Positions 39,143 through 48,590 of a DNA stretch of 64,000 nucleotides are shown here, piece after piece. The notes below the pieces were generated by a model. The model was not told the DNA's origin and searched no databases. It saw nothing but the letters and a program-made list of their open reading frames with translations. A program made the translations under genes and the position numbers. Positions within the stretch are counted from its first letter, which is position 1, and each line of letters starts with the position of its first letter. Source of the DNA: an uncultured Alphaproteobacteria bacterium (GTDB lineage Bacteria > Pseudomonadota > Alphaproteobacteria > RF32 > CAG-239); NCBI GenBank assembly GCA_944391395.1, contig CALXTI010000001.1:146065-210064 (forward strand), written 5' to 3'.

Positions 39143-40660
39143 TTAATATGCTCGGGCGTAAATGACGTCTAAGGTGGCGTCTTCGCCGGTCAGCAGGCAT
39201 TTGCCGGTGGTGCCGCTTTGGTCAAACGGAATGCAGCGGATGTTGATTTTCATAGATTTTAATATTTCTTCGGTTTCCGCTTTGCCGTTCCACTTGCCGC
39301 GTACAAACGCGACTTTACCCTGTTTGCCGTCTTCAATCCATTCGTTGTTGTTGGCAAAATAAGCCTTAAATTCCTCCGGCGTTTTAATGTCGGTACGGAT
39401 GTTTACGTCTTGGCGCGCTTTGGCGCGGGCAAACATTTCATGCTGGATTGTTTCCAGACGTTGTCCGATAGTGCCGATAAAATCTTCAGCCTTTGCGATT
39501 TCTTTGCCTTCGGGCGTGCCGAGCTTGATGCGCTCTCTTACCATCATGCCGTTGTTGTCAACGTCGCGCGGGCCGATTTCGCAAATCAGCGGTGCGCCTT
39601 TGCGCGTCCATTCCCAAAACTTGTCAACGCTTGTTTTGTTACGCTTGTCAAGTTTGATGCGGATTTTTTCGCCAAAGGCAGTTTGCGCGCGCAATTTTTG
39701 ATAAATTTCGTTGACGTAAGACATCACTTTGTCTTCGTCTTCGGGCTTTTTAATCACCGGCACCAACACCACCTGATACGGTGCAACTTTGGGCGGAACG
39801 ACCATGCCTTCATCATCGGCGTGAGTCATAATCAAGCCGCCGATGAGGCGGGTGGAAACACCCCAAGAGGTGGTGTAGGCAAACTCGGGTTTGTTGTCTT
39901 TGTTAATAAACGTGATGTTTGCCGATTTGGCAAAATTCTGCCCCAAGAAATGCGACGTGCCGGCTTGCAGCGATTTGCCGTCCTGCATCATGGCTTCAAT
40001 GCAATAAGTATCTATGGCGCCGGGAAATTTGTCATATTCCGGCTTGCGACCGACTACCACCGGCATGGCCAGACTTTCTTCCGCCACTTCGCGATAGACT
40101 GCAAGCATTTGTTTGGTTTCGTCTTCAGCCTCTTTTGCCGTGGCGTGCGCGGTGTGGCCTTCCTGCCACAAAAATTCGCGCGTTCTTAAAAACAGACGCG
40201 GACGCATCTCCCAACGCACAACGTTTGCCCATTGATTGACCAACACCGGCAAATCACGGTAGGAATGAATCCATTTGGCAAAAGAATCGGCAATAATCGT
40301 TTCACTGGTAGGGCGGACGATTAAAGGTTCGTCCAGCTCGGAATCCGGCACCAGTTTGCCGTCTTTGGCGGTAAGGCGAGAGTGTGTTACAACGGCCATT
40401 TCTTTGGCAAAGCCTTCCACGTGTTCGGCTTCTTTCTGGAAAAAAGAAAGCGGAATAAAAATCGGGAAATAGGCGTTTTCGTGGCCGGTTTCCTTGAAAC
40501 GCTCGTCAAAAATGTCACGGATGCGTTCCCAAATGCCGTAGCCCCAAGGTTTGATGACCATGCACCCCGGTGAAACGGAAGTTTCGGCCATGTCCGCCTC
40601 GGAAACGACGCATTGATACCATTCGGGATAGTTGGTTTTGCGGTTTGTTTTAAGTGCCAT
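39143..40660 (-). CDS. proS: Prolyl-tRNA synthetase (eukaryote/archaeal-like type without editing insertion)
   Basis: 505 aa with class II motifs and C-terminal Zn-binding domain ending ...DVIYARAY, as in eukaryote-like ProRS of some Alphaproteobacteria. Confidence 0.9.
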   Translation of the reverse strand: MALKTNRKTNYPEWYQCVVSEADMAETSVSPGCMVIKPWGYGIWERIRDIFDERFKETGHENAYFPIFIPLSFFQKEAEHVEGFAKEMAVVTHSRLTAKDGKLVPDSELDEPLIVRPTSETIIADSFAKWIHSYRDLPVLVNQWANVVRWEMRPRLFLRTREFLWQEGHTAHATAKEAEDETKQMLAVYREVAEESLAMPVVVGRKPEYDKFPGAIDTYCIEAMMQDGKSLQAGTSHFLGQNFAKSANITFINKDNKPEFAYTTSWGVSTRLIGGLIMTHADDEGMVVPPKVAPYQVVLVPVIKKPEDEDKVMSYVNEIYQKLRAQTAFGEKIRIKLDKRNKTSVDKFWEWTRKGAPLICEIGPRDVDNNGMMVRERIKLGTPEGKEIAKAEDFIGTIGQRLETIQHEMFARAKARQDVNIRTDIKTPEEFKAYFANNNEWIEDGKQGKVAFVRGKWNGKAETEEILKSMKINIRCIPFDQSGTTGKCLLTGEDATLDVIYARAY

Positions 40661-40680
40661 TTTTTTAATTCCTTTTCTTT

Positions 40681-43074
40681 TTAGTTTCTTAATTCGCCGT
40701 TGGTTTTTTTGCCGACTTCCACAATCACTTTGTTCATAAGGTTTTCAATGTCCTTGTCGGTAAAAGTCTGTTCTTTGGGTTGGAAAGTAACGCTCAAAGC
40801 CACGGACTTTTTGTTTTCCGGCAGGTTGGAACCTTCATAAATATCAAAAATGCGGACATCGCTGATGTGCTCGCGGTCGGCGTTTTTGGCCGCGGCTAAA
40901 ATGTTGGCGGCGGCGACGTCTTTGCCAACGATGAAAGCCAAGTCTTTATCAACCGGTTGGAACGGCGAAAGTTCAAGTTTTTTCTTGGATTTGTCGTGTG
41001 TGTCGCGCGGCAGCGGTATGTTGTCAAGATATACCTCGAAGGCGACGACGCGTTCTTTTAAGCCGAGTTTTTTGGCTACGGCCGGATGCAGTTCGCCAAA
41101 ATATGCCAGCACGTTTTTGCCCAAGCGCAAAGCGCCGCTGCGACCGGGGTGATAATACGCCGGCGCGTCGCGGGTGATTTGCGGGTTTTCATACGGGCCT
41201 TTGGCGGCGGCAATCGCCGCTAAAGCGTCGGCTTTAACGTCAAAAACATCAAAGTTACGCGCGGAACCCGACCAGTCTTTTTTAGAGGTTTGCCCGACGC
41301 GGATGCCGGCGGCAACCGTGCTTTGTTCGCCGGGATGACGGCCGTAAAATTCCGGTCCGACTTCAAACAAAGAAAGGTTGGCATAGCCGCGGGCAATGTT
41401 GTTTTTAGCGCCTAAAAGCAAGTTTGGCAATAGCGACGGGCGCATTTCATCCAAATCCGCGGCAATCGGGTTTTGCAACAAAATCTTTTCCGCTTGATTG
41501 TTTTTGTGGAAATATTCGGCAATTTGCGAATCGGTAAAACTCCAGGTTACCGTTTCATACATGCCGCGGTCGGCCAACTCATGCCGGACGGCCACCACAT
41601 TGTTTTGGCGGGGCAAAAGCGTTTGTTTCGGGAATTTGTCGTGCGGCAGGCTTTCGGCCGGAATCTCGTCCAAGCCAATCATGCGCACCACTTCTTCGAC
41701 CAAATCATGCTCACCTTCAATATCGCCACGCCAGGTTGGCGATACGGCTTTGATTTTATCGCCTTCAACCGCAGTTTTGAAACCGAGATTGTTTAAGATT
41801 TCAAGGATTTTTTCTTGTGAAACCTCAATGCCGATAAGGGTTTTAAGCCGGTTCGGACGAATATAGGCCACGCGTTCGGGCGCATCCTCATTGCCACAAA
41901 CGGTCATTTCCGCCGCTTCGCCGCCGCAAATGTCTAAAATCAGCCCTGTGGCGTATTGCGAAACGGAAACGTTTGATTTCGGGTCAATCCAGCGTTCGTT
42001 GCGATAGCGCGAATCCGACTCAATGCCGTATTTGCGTCCCGTTCGGGCAATGCATTCGGGTTTGAACCATGCGCTTTCCAGTAAAACATTTGTCGTATCG
42101 TCCGAGCAGCCTTTGGCCAAACCGCCCATGATGCCGCCCAGGCACTGGATGCCCTCGTCATCGCAAATGCCTAAGCATTTATCGTCCATGATGTATTCTT
42201 TTTCATCCAAGGCAGTGAATTTTTCGCCGTTTCGGCACATGCGAATCGTCAAACAGCCGCTCAGCTTATCGGCGTCAAACACATGCAAAGGATGCGACAA
42301 ATCATAGTTGATGTAGTTGGTTACATCCACCAGCGGCGAAATGGAACGCAAGCCGATGGCGGTCAGGCGGTCTTTCATCCATTTAGGGGTCTGAGCTTTG
42401 TTGTTGACGCCTTTAATGTAACGTCCGACATAAGTCGGGCAGTTGTCCGGACATTCCACTTTTATGGCAATCGGGCTTTTGAACGTGCCTTTAATTTCTT
42501 TGATTTCAAGCGGTTTTAAGGCGCCCAAGCCCGCCGCCGCCAAATCACGCGCGATGCCGCGGACGCCCAAACATTCGGCGCGGTTGGGGGTGATGGAAAC
42601 TTCAATCACCGGATCAATTTTCAAGACATCGGCGGCAGCCAGACCAATCGGCGTGTCGGTCGGAAGCTCAATAATGCCGGTGTGGTCTTCGCCGACGCAG
42701 AGTTCTTTTTCCGAGCACATCATGCCGAAACTTTCCTGTCCGCGGATTTTGCCGACTTTCAAAACTTCGTTATAGCAGGGAATGAGTGTGCCGACCGGCG
42801 CAAACACGCCGACCAAACCTTCTTTGACATTCGGCGCGCCGCAAACGACCTGCAATTTTTCTTTGCCGGTGTTGACGGTCAACAAATGCAAATGGTCGGA
42901 ATCCGGATGCATGGCGACGTTTTCCGCCCGCGCGGTGATAAAACCTTTTAAGTTTGCCGCCGGATTGAAAACTTCTTCAACTTCAAGGCCGATTTTGGTT
43001 AAAGTGTTGACGATAGTTTCTAAATCTGCCGTTGTTTCCAAGTGCGATTTCAGCCAAGATAACGTGAATTTCAT
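40681..43074 (-). CDS. pheT: Phenylalanyl-tRNA synthetase beta subunit
   Basis: tRNA-binding, B3/B4, B5 and anticodon-binding domains. Start set at MKFTLSWLK, whose ATG overlaps the pheS stop (ATGA). Confidence 0.95.
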   Translation of the reverse strand: MKFTLSWLKSHLETTADLETIVNTLTKIGLEVEEVFNPAANLKGFITARAENVAMHPDSDHLHLLTVNTGKEKLQVVCGAPNVKEGLVGVFAPVGTLIPCYNEVLKVGKIRGQESFGMMCSEKELCVGEDHTGIIELPTDTPIGLAAADVLKIDPVIEVSITPNRAECLGVRGIARDLAAAGLGALKPLEIKEIKGTFKSPIAIKVECPDNCPTYVGRYIKGVNNKAQTPKWMKDRLTAIGLRSISPLVDVTNYINYDLSHPLHVFDADKLSGCLTIRMCRNGEKFTALDEKEYIMDDKCLGICDDEGIQCLGGIMGGLAKGCSDDTTNVLLESAWFKPECIARTGRKYGIESDSRYRNERWIDPKSNVSVSQYATGLILDICGGEAAEMTVCGNEDAPERVAYIRPNRLKTLIGIEVSQEKILEILNNLGFKTAVEGDKIKAVSPTWRGDIEGEHDLVEEVVRMIGLDEIPAESLPHDKFPKQTLLPRQNNVVAVRHELADRGMYETVTWSFTDSQIAEYFHKNNQAEKILLQNPIAADLDEMRPSLLPNLLLGAKNNIARGYANLSLFEVGPEFYGRHPGEQSTVAAGIRVGQTSKKDWSGSARNFDVFDVKADALAAIAAAKGPYENPQITRDAPAYYHPGRSGALRLGKNVLAYFGELHPAVAKKLGLKERVVAFEVYLDNIPLPRDTHDKSKKKLELSPFQPVDKDLAFIVGKDVAAANILAAAKNADREHISDVRIFDIYEGSNLPENKKSVALSVTFQPKEQTFTDKDIENLMNKVIVEVGKKTNGELRN

Positions 43075-44180
43075 CGTGTCTGCCCTCCGTTGTTGCTTAA
43101 GCCGCCGGTCATGGAAGAGAAATCCAGCGGTGCGAAGCCGTAATTTTTTAACCACCGGACGTCGGATTCAAAAAACGTCCGCAAATCAGGAATGCCGTAT
43201 TTGAGCATGGCCAGACGGTCAAGCCCGACGCCAAAGGCAAAGCCCTGATATTCGTCAGGGTCGATGCCGCCGGCTTTTAAAACATTGGGGTGTACCATGC
43301 CACAGCCCAAAATTTCCAGCCAGTCGCTGCCTGCGCCGACTTTTAGTTCGGTTTTGGTTTTTAAGCAGCCGATGTCCATTTCCGCCGACGGTTCGGTGAA
43401 CGGAAAATATGACGGGCGGTAGCGCACCGGAATTTCATCTAACTCAAAAAAGGCTTTGACAAAGTCATACAAGCAGCCTTTCAAGTGCGCCATGGTGGTG
43501 GTCTTGTCAATCACCAACCCTTCCACCTGATGAAACATCGGGGTGTGGGTGGCGTCATAATCGGAACGATAAGTGCGCCCCGGAGCAATAATGCGAATCG
43601 GCGGTTTTTTGTTTTCCATGGTGCGAATCTGCATGCCCGAGGTGTGGGTGCGGATAACATAGGATTTGTCCATGTCAAACGGTTCGTTCGCGTCATGGGG
43701 AAGATAGAAAGTGTCTTGCATTTGGCGTGCCGGATGATTGGGCGGCATGTTCAAGGCGTTGAAGTTGTGGAACTGGTCTTCAATGTCGGGACCTTCAGCC
43801 ACGTCAAAACCCATTTGGCCGAAAATGGCGACAACTTCTTCATAAATTTTGGAAACCGGATGCACGCGACCCTGAATTTCCGGCCGTATCGGCAAGGTAA
43901 CATCCACGATTTCGGTTGCGAGCTTTTGGTTCAAAACTTCGTTCTCCAAAATTTCGCGGCGGTTTGCAACGGCTTGTTCGATTTCGTTTTTCAAAACGTT
44001 GAGTTTTTTGCCGGCTTCAATTTTTTGTTCTTGCGGCAAAGCGCCCAAGCCTTTCATCATTTCGGTTACCGCGCCTTTTTTGCCCATGGCGGCAACCCTG
44101 ACCTCGTCAAGGCTTTTCAAATCCGCCGCTGCGGCAATGTTTTGCAAAATTTGCGTTTTCAGACTTTCTAAATCTTCCAT
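43071..44180 (-). CDS. pheS: Phenylalanyl-tRNA synthetase alpha subunit
   Basis: Class II core motifs (FPFTEPS, GxGxGxxR). Confidence 0.95.
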   Translation of the reverse strand: MEDLESLKTQILQNIAAAADLKSLDEVRVAAMGKKGAVTEMMKGLGALPQEQKIEAGKKLNVLKNEIEQAVANRREILENEVLNQKLATEIVDVTLPIRPEIQGRVHPVSKIYEEVVAIFGQMGFDVAEGPDIEDQFHNFNALNMPPNHPARQMQDTFYLPHDANEPFDMDKSYVIRTHTSGMQIRTMENKKPPIRIIAPGRTYRSDYDATHTPMFHQVEGLVIDKTTTMAHLKGCLYDFVKAFFELDEIPVRYRPSYFPFTEPSAEMDIGCLKTKTELKVGAGSDWLEILGCGMVHPNVLKAGGIDPDEYQGFAFGVGLDRLAMLKYGIPDLRTFFESDVRWLKNYGFAPLDFSSMTGGLSNNGGQTR

Positions 44181-44268
44181 GGTTTAAAACTTTCTCATAC
44201 GTAAAAAGAGCCTTCTTGGACTGCCAAGATGACTCTTTTTATTGCTTTTTTAAGAATACGGTATTTGC

Positions 44269-44628
44269 TTACTTATTAAGAGCCGCTTTGGCAGATTCTA
44301 CCAGTTTAGCAAAAGCTTGGGGCTCTTTTAAGGCGATATCAGCAAGGACTTTACGGTCAAGCTCGATGCCTGCCTTGACGAGCCCGCTGATAAATCGGGA
44401 ATAAGTCATATCATGCAAACGGGTTGCGGCGTTGATGCGCTGAATCCACAAAGCGCGGAAGCTTCTCTTCTTGGCTCTGCGGTCGCGGTAGGCATATTGC
44501 AAACCTTTTTCAACCTTTTCAACAGCAACTCTGAATACATTTTTGTTGCGACCTCTGTAACCTTTGGCCATATCAAGAATTTTCTTGTGGCGGGTGTGAG
44601 CGGTCATACCTCTTTTAACACGTGACAT
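44269..44628 (-). CDS. rplT: 50S ribosomal protein L20
   Basis: [27 protein letters not shown]. Confidence 0.95.
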   Translation of the reverse strand: MSRVKRGMTAHTRHKKILDMAKGYRGRNKNVFRVAVEKVEKGLQYAYRDRRAKKRSFRALWIQRINAATRLHDMTYSRFISGLVKAGIELDRKVLADIALKEPQAFAKLVESAKAALNK

Positions 44629-44641
44629 CTTTTATTCCTCC

Positions 44642-44839
44642 TTACAAATACGGTAAAAACTTTTTGACAATCTGAACATCGGCTTCGTTCAACAGAACAG
44701 AACCGCGAGCCTGTCTTTTCATCTTTTGGGATTTGCAGAAGAGGCAGTGTCTCTTATATGCATAATTTCTTTTAAGTTTTCCGGTTCCGGTAACGCTGAA
44801 GCGTTTTTTGGCGGAACTCTTGGTTTTTAATTTAGGCAT
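44642..44839 (-). CDS. rpmI: 50S ribosomal protein L35
   Basis: MPKLKTKSSAKKRF. Confidence 0.9.
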   Translation of the reverse strand: MPKLKTKSSAKKRFSVTGTGKLKRNYAYKRHCLFCKSQKMKRQARGSVLLNEADVQIVKKFLPYL

Positions 44840-45020
44840 TTTAAAAATCCTTTCTTTGGTTGTTGGATTAATGTTAAGGGCTGTCAGGCATGCCGATTGG
44901 CCTAAACCGCCCGTTCAAAAGCGTTTATATACTCTTCCGTTTTAAAATGCAAGTAAAAATATCATAAAAAAACCGGTTGCTTGTTGTGATAAACAACATT
45001 AAAGCAACACGGTTCTTTAA

Positions 45021-45272
45021 TTATAAAGAGAAGTCGGCAGATATGCCGCGTCTCTTGAACTCCTGTTCAAGGGCGTCATACCTGTCCCTCGTGTCAATTT
45101 CTGCATCCTGGCGGCGCAGAAGGTCTGACACGCTTTCATACTCCTCCCATAATTTTTCTTCCTCCAGCGTTGGGAGAGAATCTTTCCACGCTTGAAGTTT
45201 TTCGGCTTCTTTCTTATTGAAAGCAATGGCAGCAAGAAGCAGAACCGCCATCGTTATCCAAACCAGTTCCAT
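45021..45272 (-). CDS. Hypothetical small membrane-anchored protein
   Basis: 83 aa with one N-terminal TM helix and a charged helical tail. Confidence 0.35.
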   Translation of the reverse strand: MELVWITMAVLLLAAIAFNKKEAEKLQAWKDSLPTLEEEKLWEEYESVSDLLRRQDAEIDTRDRYDALEQEFKRRGISADFSL

Positions 45273-45523
45273 AATTATATTTTTTTAACCTTTTTTAGAA
45301 TACCGCAAAACAGCGAAAAATGCAAGCAAAAGATTTTCCATAAACAAAAGAGAAAGATTTTGATTTGGCGTGTTCTTAAGGTTTGGCCTTTATCCGTCGG
45401 AAAAAGGTATGTTTGTCGGCGGCGCCAAAAGAAGAGTTTTAAAAAAATCGACTGTTATGCAGCCGTTTTTTTTCTTGATTTTTGCAAATATTATGCTAAA
45501 TTATAGACAAAATTTATATTATC

Positions 45524-45844
45524 ATGAACACTATTACATTCATTACGGCAGCGGTGATGATAGGCCTGATTGCCGTTGTGGCGTACATTCGTCACAGAAG
45601 AGAAGAAAAAAAAGAAACAATCCCGGCCGGAAGTATAAAACTCCCGTCGGGACAGATGATTCCGAACGAGACCGAGCTTTTGAAGTTCGGGATTCCGGAA
45701 CTTGATGAAATGCAGCAGCGGGATTCATACTATTTGTCCGAGTATGTCCGAAAACGGCTGCTGAAATGCCGGACGGAAGAAGAAAGAGCCCCTTGGGAGG
45801 CGCTCTATGACCGGATAAACGATGTTTGTTTTGGTCAATTCTGA
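45524..45844 (+). CDS. Hypothetical small membrane-anchored protein
   Basis: 106 aa with an N-terminal TM helix, divergent from the 45021 ORF. Confidence 0.35.
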   Translation: MNTITFITAAVMIGLIAVVAYIRHRREEKKETIPAGSIKLPSGQMIPNETELLKFGIPELDEMQQRDSYYLSEYVRKRLLKCRTEEERAPWEALYDRINDVCFGQF

Positions 45845-45895
45845 AAAAAACAAAACGAAGAAAAAGCTCTCTTACACAAAGAGAGCTTTTTTTGT

Positions 45896-46246
45896 TTAAG
45901 AATCTTGAATTTCTATTTTGAGGATTTTTGCCATGTTGCGGCGGTATTCCTCAGCCCAGGCAACCATGGAATCAATCACCGGTTTGAGCTCGTAGCCGAG
46001 CTGAGTTAAGGTATAATCAACCCGCGGCGGAATTTGAGCATAAACTTTGCGTACCAAAATCCCTTTTTCTTCCAACAAACGCAGGTTGGAAGTCAAAACT
46101 TTCTGGGTGATGTCGCCCAGTTCTTTTTTGAGTTCGCCGAAACGTTTGGTGCCGTCCATCAAGTTTTGAATAATCAAAACTTTCCACCGGTCGCCAATCA
46201 TTTTCAGCGTCATTTCCGCCAATCCGTCAGGCAAATATTCAGACAT
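45896..46246 (-). CDS. HxlR-family winged-helix transcriptional regulator
   Basis: 116 aa. IGDRWKVLIIQNL..GTKRFGELK...ITQKVLTSNLRLLEEKGIL is typical of HxlR/YtcD. Confidence 0.75.
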   Translation of the reverse strand: MSEYLPDGLAEMTLKMIGDRWKVLIIQNLMDGTKRFGELKKELGDITQKVLTSNLRLLEEKGILVRKVYAQIPPRVDYTLTQLGYELKPVIDSMVAWAEEYRRNMAKILKIEIQDS

Positions 46247-46388
46247 TCTTTTCCTCGCAAATCATTATAAACCGGCAATAGTTTCCCGCCGGCGCCTATC
46301 GCACTTTAAAGTGCGTACTATCTTTTTATAGCAGAACGATATAATTTATCAAGCAAAATATAAACTTATTAAATAACGGAGGTAATTT

Positions 46389-47600
46389 ATGAACAAAAGC
46401 AAAATATCGGCGGCTATTGTTTTGACGGCAAGCCTATGGGGGTTTAATGCTCAGGCGGCGGGTTATCAACTCAATGAATATTCGGTAACCGGCCTCGGAC
46501 GCTCGTTTGCGGGTGCCGGTATCGTCGGCGATGATTATTCGGCGCTGGCTTATAATCCCGCGGGTATGACACTTAAGCAGGGCGCCGGCATGCAGGCCGG
46601 TTTGACGGTGGCGCAGATTCACTCAAAAGTGCGTGATGGCGATGAGCGCACCAAAATGAATTTCGGCGTGCCGTTGCCGAATGTTTTTGCTCAGTATCAG
46701 TTTAATGACCGTTTTTTTGCCGGTTTGGGCGTTTATGCTCCGTACGGGTTGAAAACCCGCTATAAAAGAAACAGTTTTGTGGCTGCCGACGGGGTGGAAT
46801 CTCTGTTGGAAATTATAGATATTGCGCCGGCGGTTGCTTACAAGGCAACCGACAAGCTTTCGTTGGGCGCTTCGGTGATTGCTCGTTATATTCACGGCAA
46901 AATGACCAACACCGTGCCGGCAATTGGGCAGAGCGGATTTAGCGAGTTTGACCTTGACGGATGGACGGTGGCGTGGAGCGTCGGCGCAATGTACGAGTTT
47001 TCAGACCGTACGAGAGTCGGTGTGTCATATAAAGGTAAAAGCATGCAGACGGTCAAAGGCGACCACACAGTCAGCGGCGCGGATTTGCCCGTGCTCAATC
47101 AGGTGGTTAATAATGGCGAAGCTTCACCTGATTTGCCGCAAAGCATTTTGGTTTCCGGGTATCATCAGCTTAATGACAAATGGGGGCTTTCGGCTTCGGT
47201 GCGCTGGACCGACTGGGAAGACAGCTTTGAGGAGTTTACGCTAAAATCAAGTGCGCTGATTTTGCAACCGACGGGTAAAAACACCACAAAAGAAAAATGG
47301 CGTTCAACGTGGACGATTTCTTTGGGTGCGGATTATTATCTGAACGAAAATTGGACATTGCGCGCCGGTACGGCATGGGACCAAAGTCCGGTCAGAAATA
47401 AATATCACCGCACCACGCGTATTCCGGACAGCAACCGTATTTGGCTCTCTTTGGGCGCCAGCTACCGCCACGGTAATATGCAGGTTGATGCCGGCTTTGC
47501 CCATTTGTTTATGCAAAACTCCACGGCCGAGCATAATATTAAGGCGCATTACAAGAGTTACAGCAATATGTTGGGTTTACAACTGCAGTACAAATTTTAA
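46389..47600 (+). CDS. FadL/OmpP1-family outer-membrane hydrophobic-compound (long-chain fatty acid) channel
   Basis: Signal peptide. N-terminal hatch motif AGYQLNEYSVTGLGRSFAGAG and NPAG motif; C-terminal aromatic residue (…LQYKF). Confidence 0.8.
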   Translation: MNKSKISAAIVLTASLWGFNAQAAGYQLNEYSVTGLGRSFAGAGIVGDDYSALAYNPAGMTLKQGAGMQAGLTVAQIHSKVRDGDERTKMNFGVPLPNVFAQYQFNDRFFAGLGVYAPYGLKTRYKRNSFVAADGVESLLEIIDIAPAVAYKATDKLSLGASVIARYIHGKMTNTVPAIGQSGFSEFDLDGWTVAWSVGAMYEFSDRTRVGVSYKGKSMQTVKGDHTVSGADLPVLNQVVNNGEASPDLPQSILVSGYHQLNDKWGLSASVRWTDWEDSFEEFTLKSSALILQPTGKNTTKEKWRSTWTISLGADYYLNENWTLRAGTAWDQSPVRNKYHRTTRIPDSNRIWLSLGASYRHGNMQVDAGFAHLFMQNSTAEHNIKAHYKSYSNMLGLQLQYKF

Positions 47601-47622
47601 GATAAAAAGGTTTTTATTTCAG

Positions 47623-47646
47623 AGCCCGCAACAAGCGGGCTTCTTT
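47623..47646 (+). terminator. Rho-independent terminator after fadL-like gene
   Basis: GAGCCCGC-AACAA-GCGGGCTTCTTT. Confidence 0.5.
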
Positions 47647-47788
47647 AATGAAATTTTTACTCATGCGGGCGTATAAAGACATTGTTACAGAATTATGAAT
47701 ATTTACCCGGACGCTTCATAAAAACTGGAAAACGAGGCGTCTTTGTGCTATGATACATTAATAAAACGGTGTAAGGTGAGTTAAAGAT

Positions 47789-48580
47789 ATGTATTTATGG
47801 GTTGTTTTGGCAACATTTATTGTTGCATTGTATTCATATAATTTGTCGGTGCGTTCCGACTTAGACCGGGTTTTTGCCGAAACCAAGGCAAGCGTTGTCA
47901 TTGCCAAATTCAGAGCATTGCATAACGGCGTGAAAGATTATTTTAACTCACAGGCGCCTTCTAAAACGGGTTTAACCCATGTGACATATTATCCCGGCGA
48001 CGGAGTCAATATTACCTCGCAAAGCGAAACGGAAGAGGATGTTTTGACACTTGATGATGTGGTGGATTATCTGCCGGTCGGTTATGCCAAGGCGGGCGAT
48101 ACGCTTGAAGATATAGCGACTTTGACCGGCGGCGGAGAGATTGTGAGTAAAGTTTTTTGTTTTGAGGAAGGCGACACCACAAAACAATGTGTTTCAAGCA
48201 TAGACGGCAGTTGCTGCAGCAATGATTGTTTGGAAGACGGCAAATGTTCCGGTATTTATGCGGTTTCGTTTGCCGCCATGCCTTCACGCTGGATAAACAA
48301 AGAAACACTCAACCCAAACGCCGATATGAAAATGGCGGTGGCAAAAGTCCGCGGTTACGGCGAGACTTTCGGCTATACGCAAAAAACGGACGGAAAACTT
48401 GTTTTAAGCGGCGGCCATATGGTGCAGGAATATGACGCTTCCGGCAGTCCGGTCGGTGATAAAAAATTTGAATATCTTGAAATATATAAAGCAATTCAAG
48501 ATGATGAGGATTTCAAGCGAATCGGCTGCGACCAAGATGACAAACATTGTTTGTTCGCCATTCAGCAGATTTATGGTTAG
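47789..48580 (+). CDS. Hypothetical protein with N-terminal hydrophobic anchor, immediately upstream of the giant pilin-like gene
   Basis: 263 aa with N-terminal MYLWVVLATFIVALYSY helix and a Cys cluster (CCSNDCLEDGKCSG). There are 10 nt between its stop and the next gene's SD. Confidence 0.4.
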   Translation: MYLWVVLATFIVALYSYNLSVRSDLDRVFAETKASVVIAKFRALHNGVKDYFNSQAPSKTGLTHVTYYPGDGVNITSQSETEEDVLTLDDVVDYLPVGYAKAGDTLEDIATLTGGGEIVSKVFCFEEGDTTKQCVSSIDGSCCSNDCLEDGKCSGIYAVSFAAMPSRWINKETLNPNADMKMAVAKVRGYGETFGYTQKTDGKLVLSGGHMVQEYDASGSPVGDKKFEYLEIYKAIQDDEDFKRIGCDQDDKHCLFAIQQIYG

Positions 48581-48590
48581 GAGAAAACAC

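Noticed and set aside
39410-40239. Plus-strand ORFs of 100-260 aa antisense to proS, and similar antisense ORFs in pheT, pheS, gatB and the ABC exporter
   Set aside because: They are antisense to well-supported conserved genes, have no SD, and have biased low-complexity composition. They are shadow ORFs.
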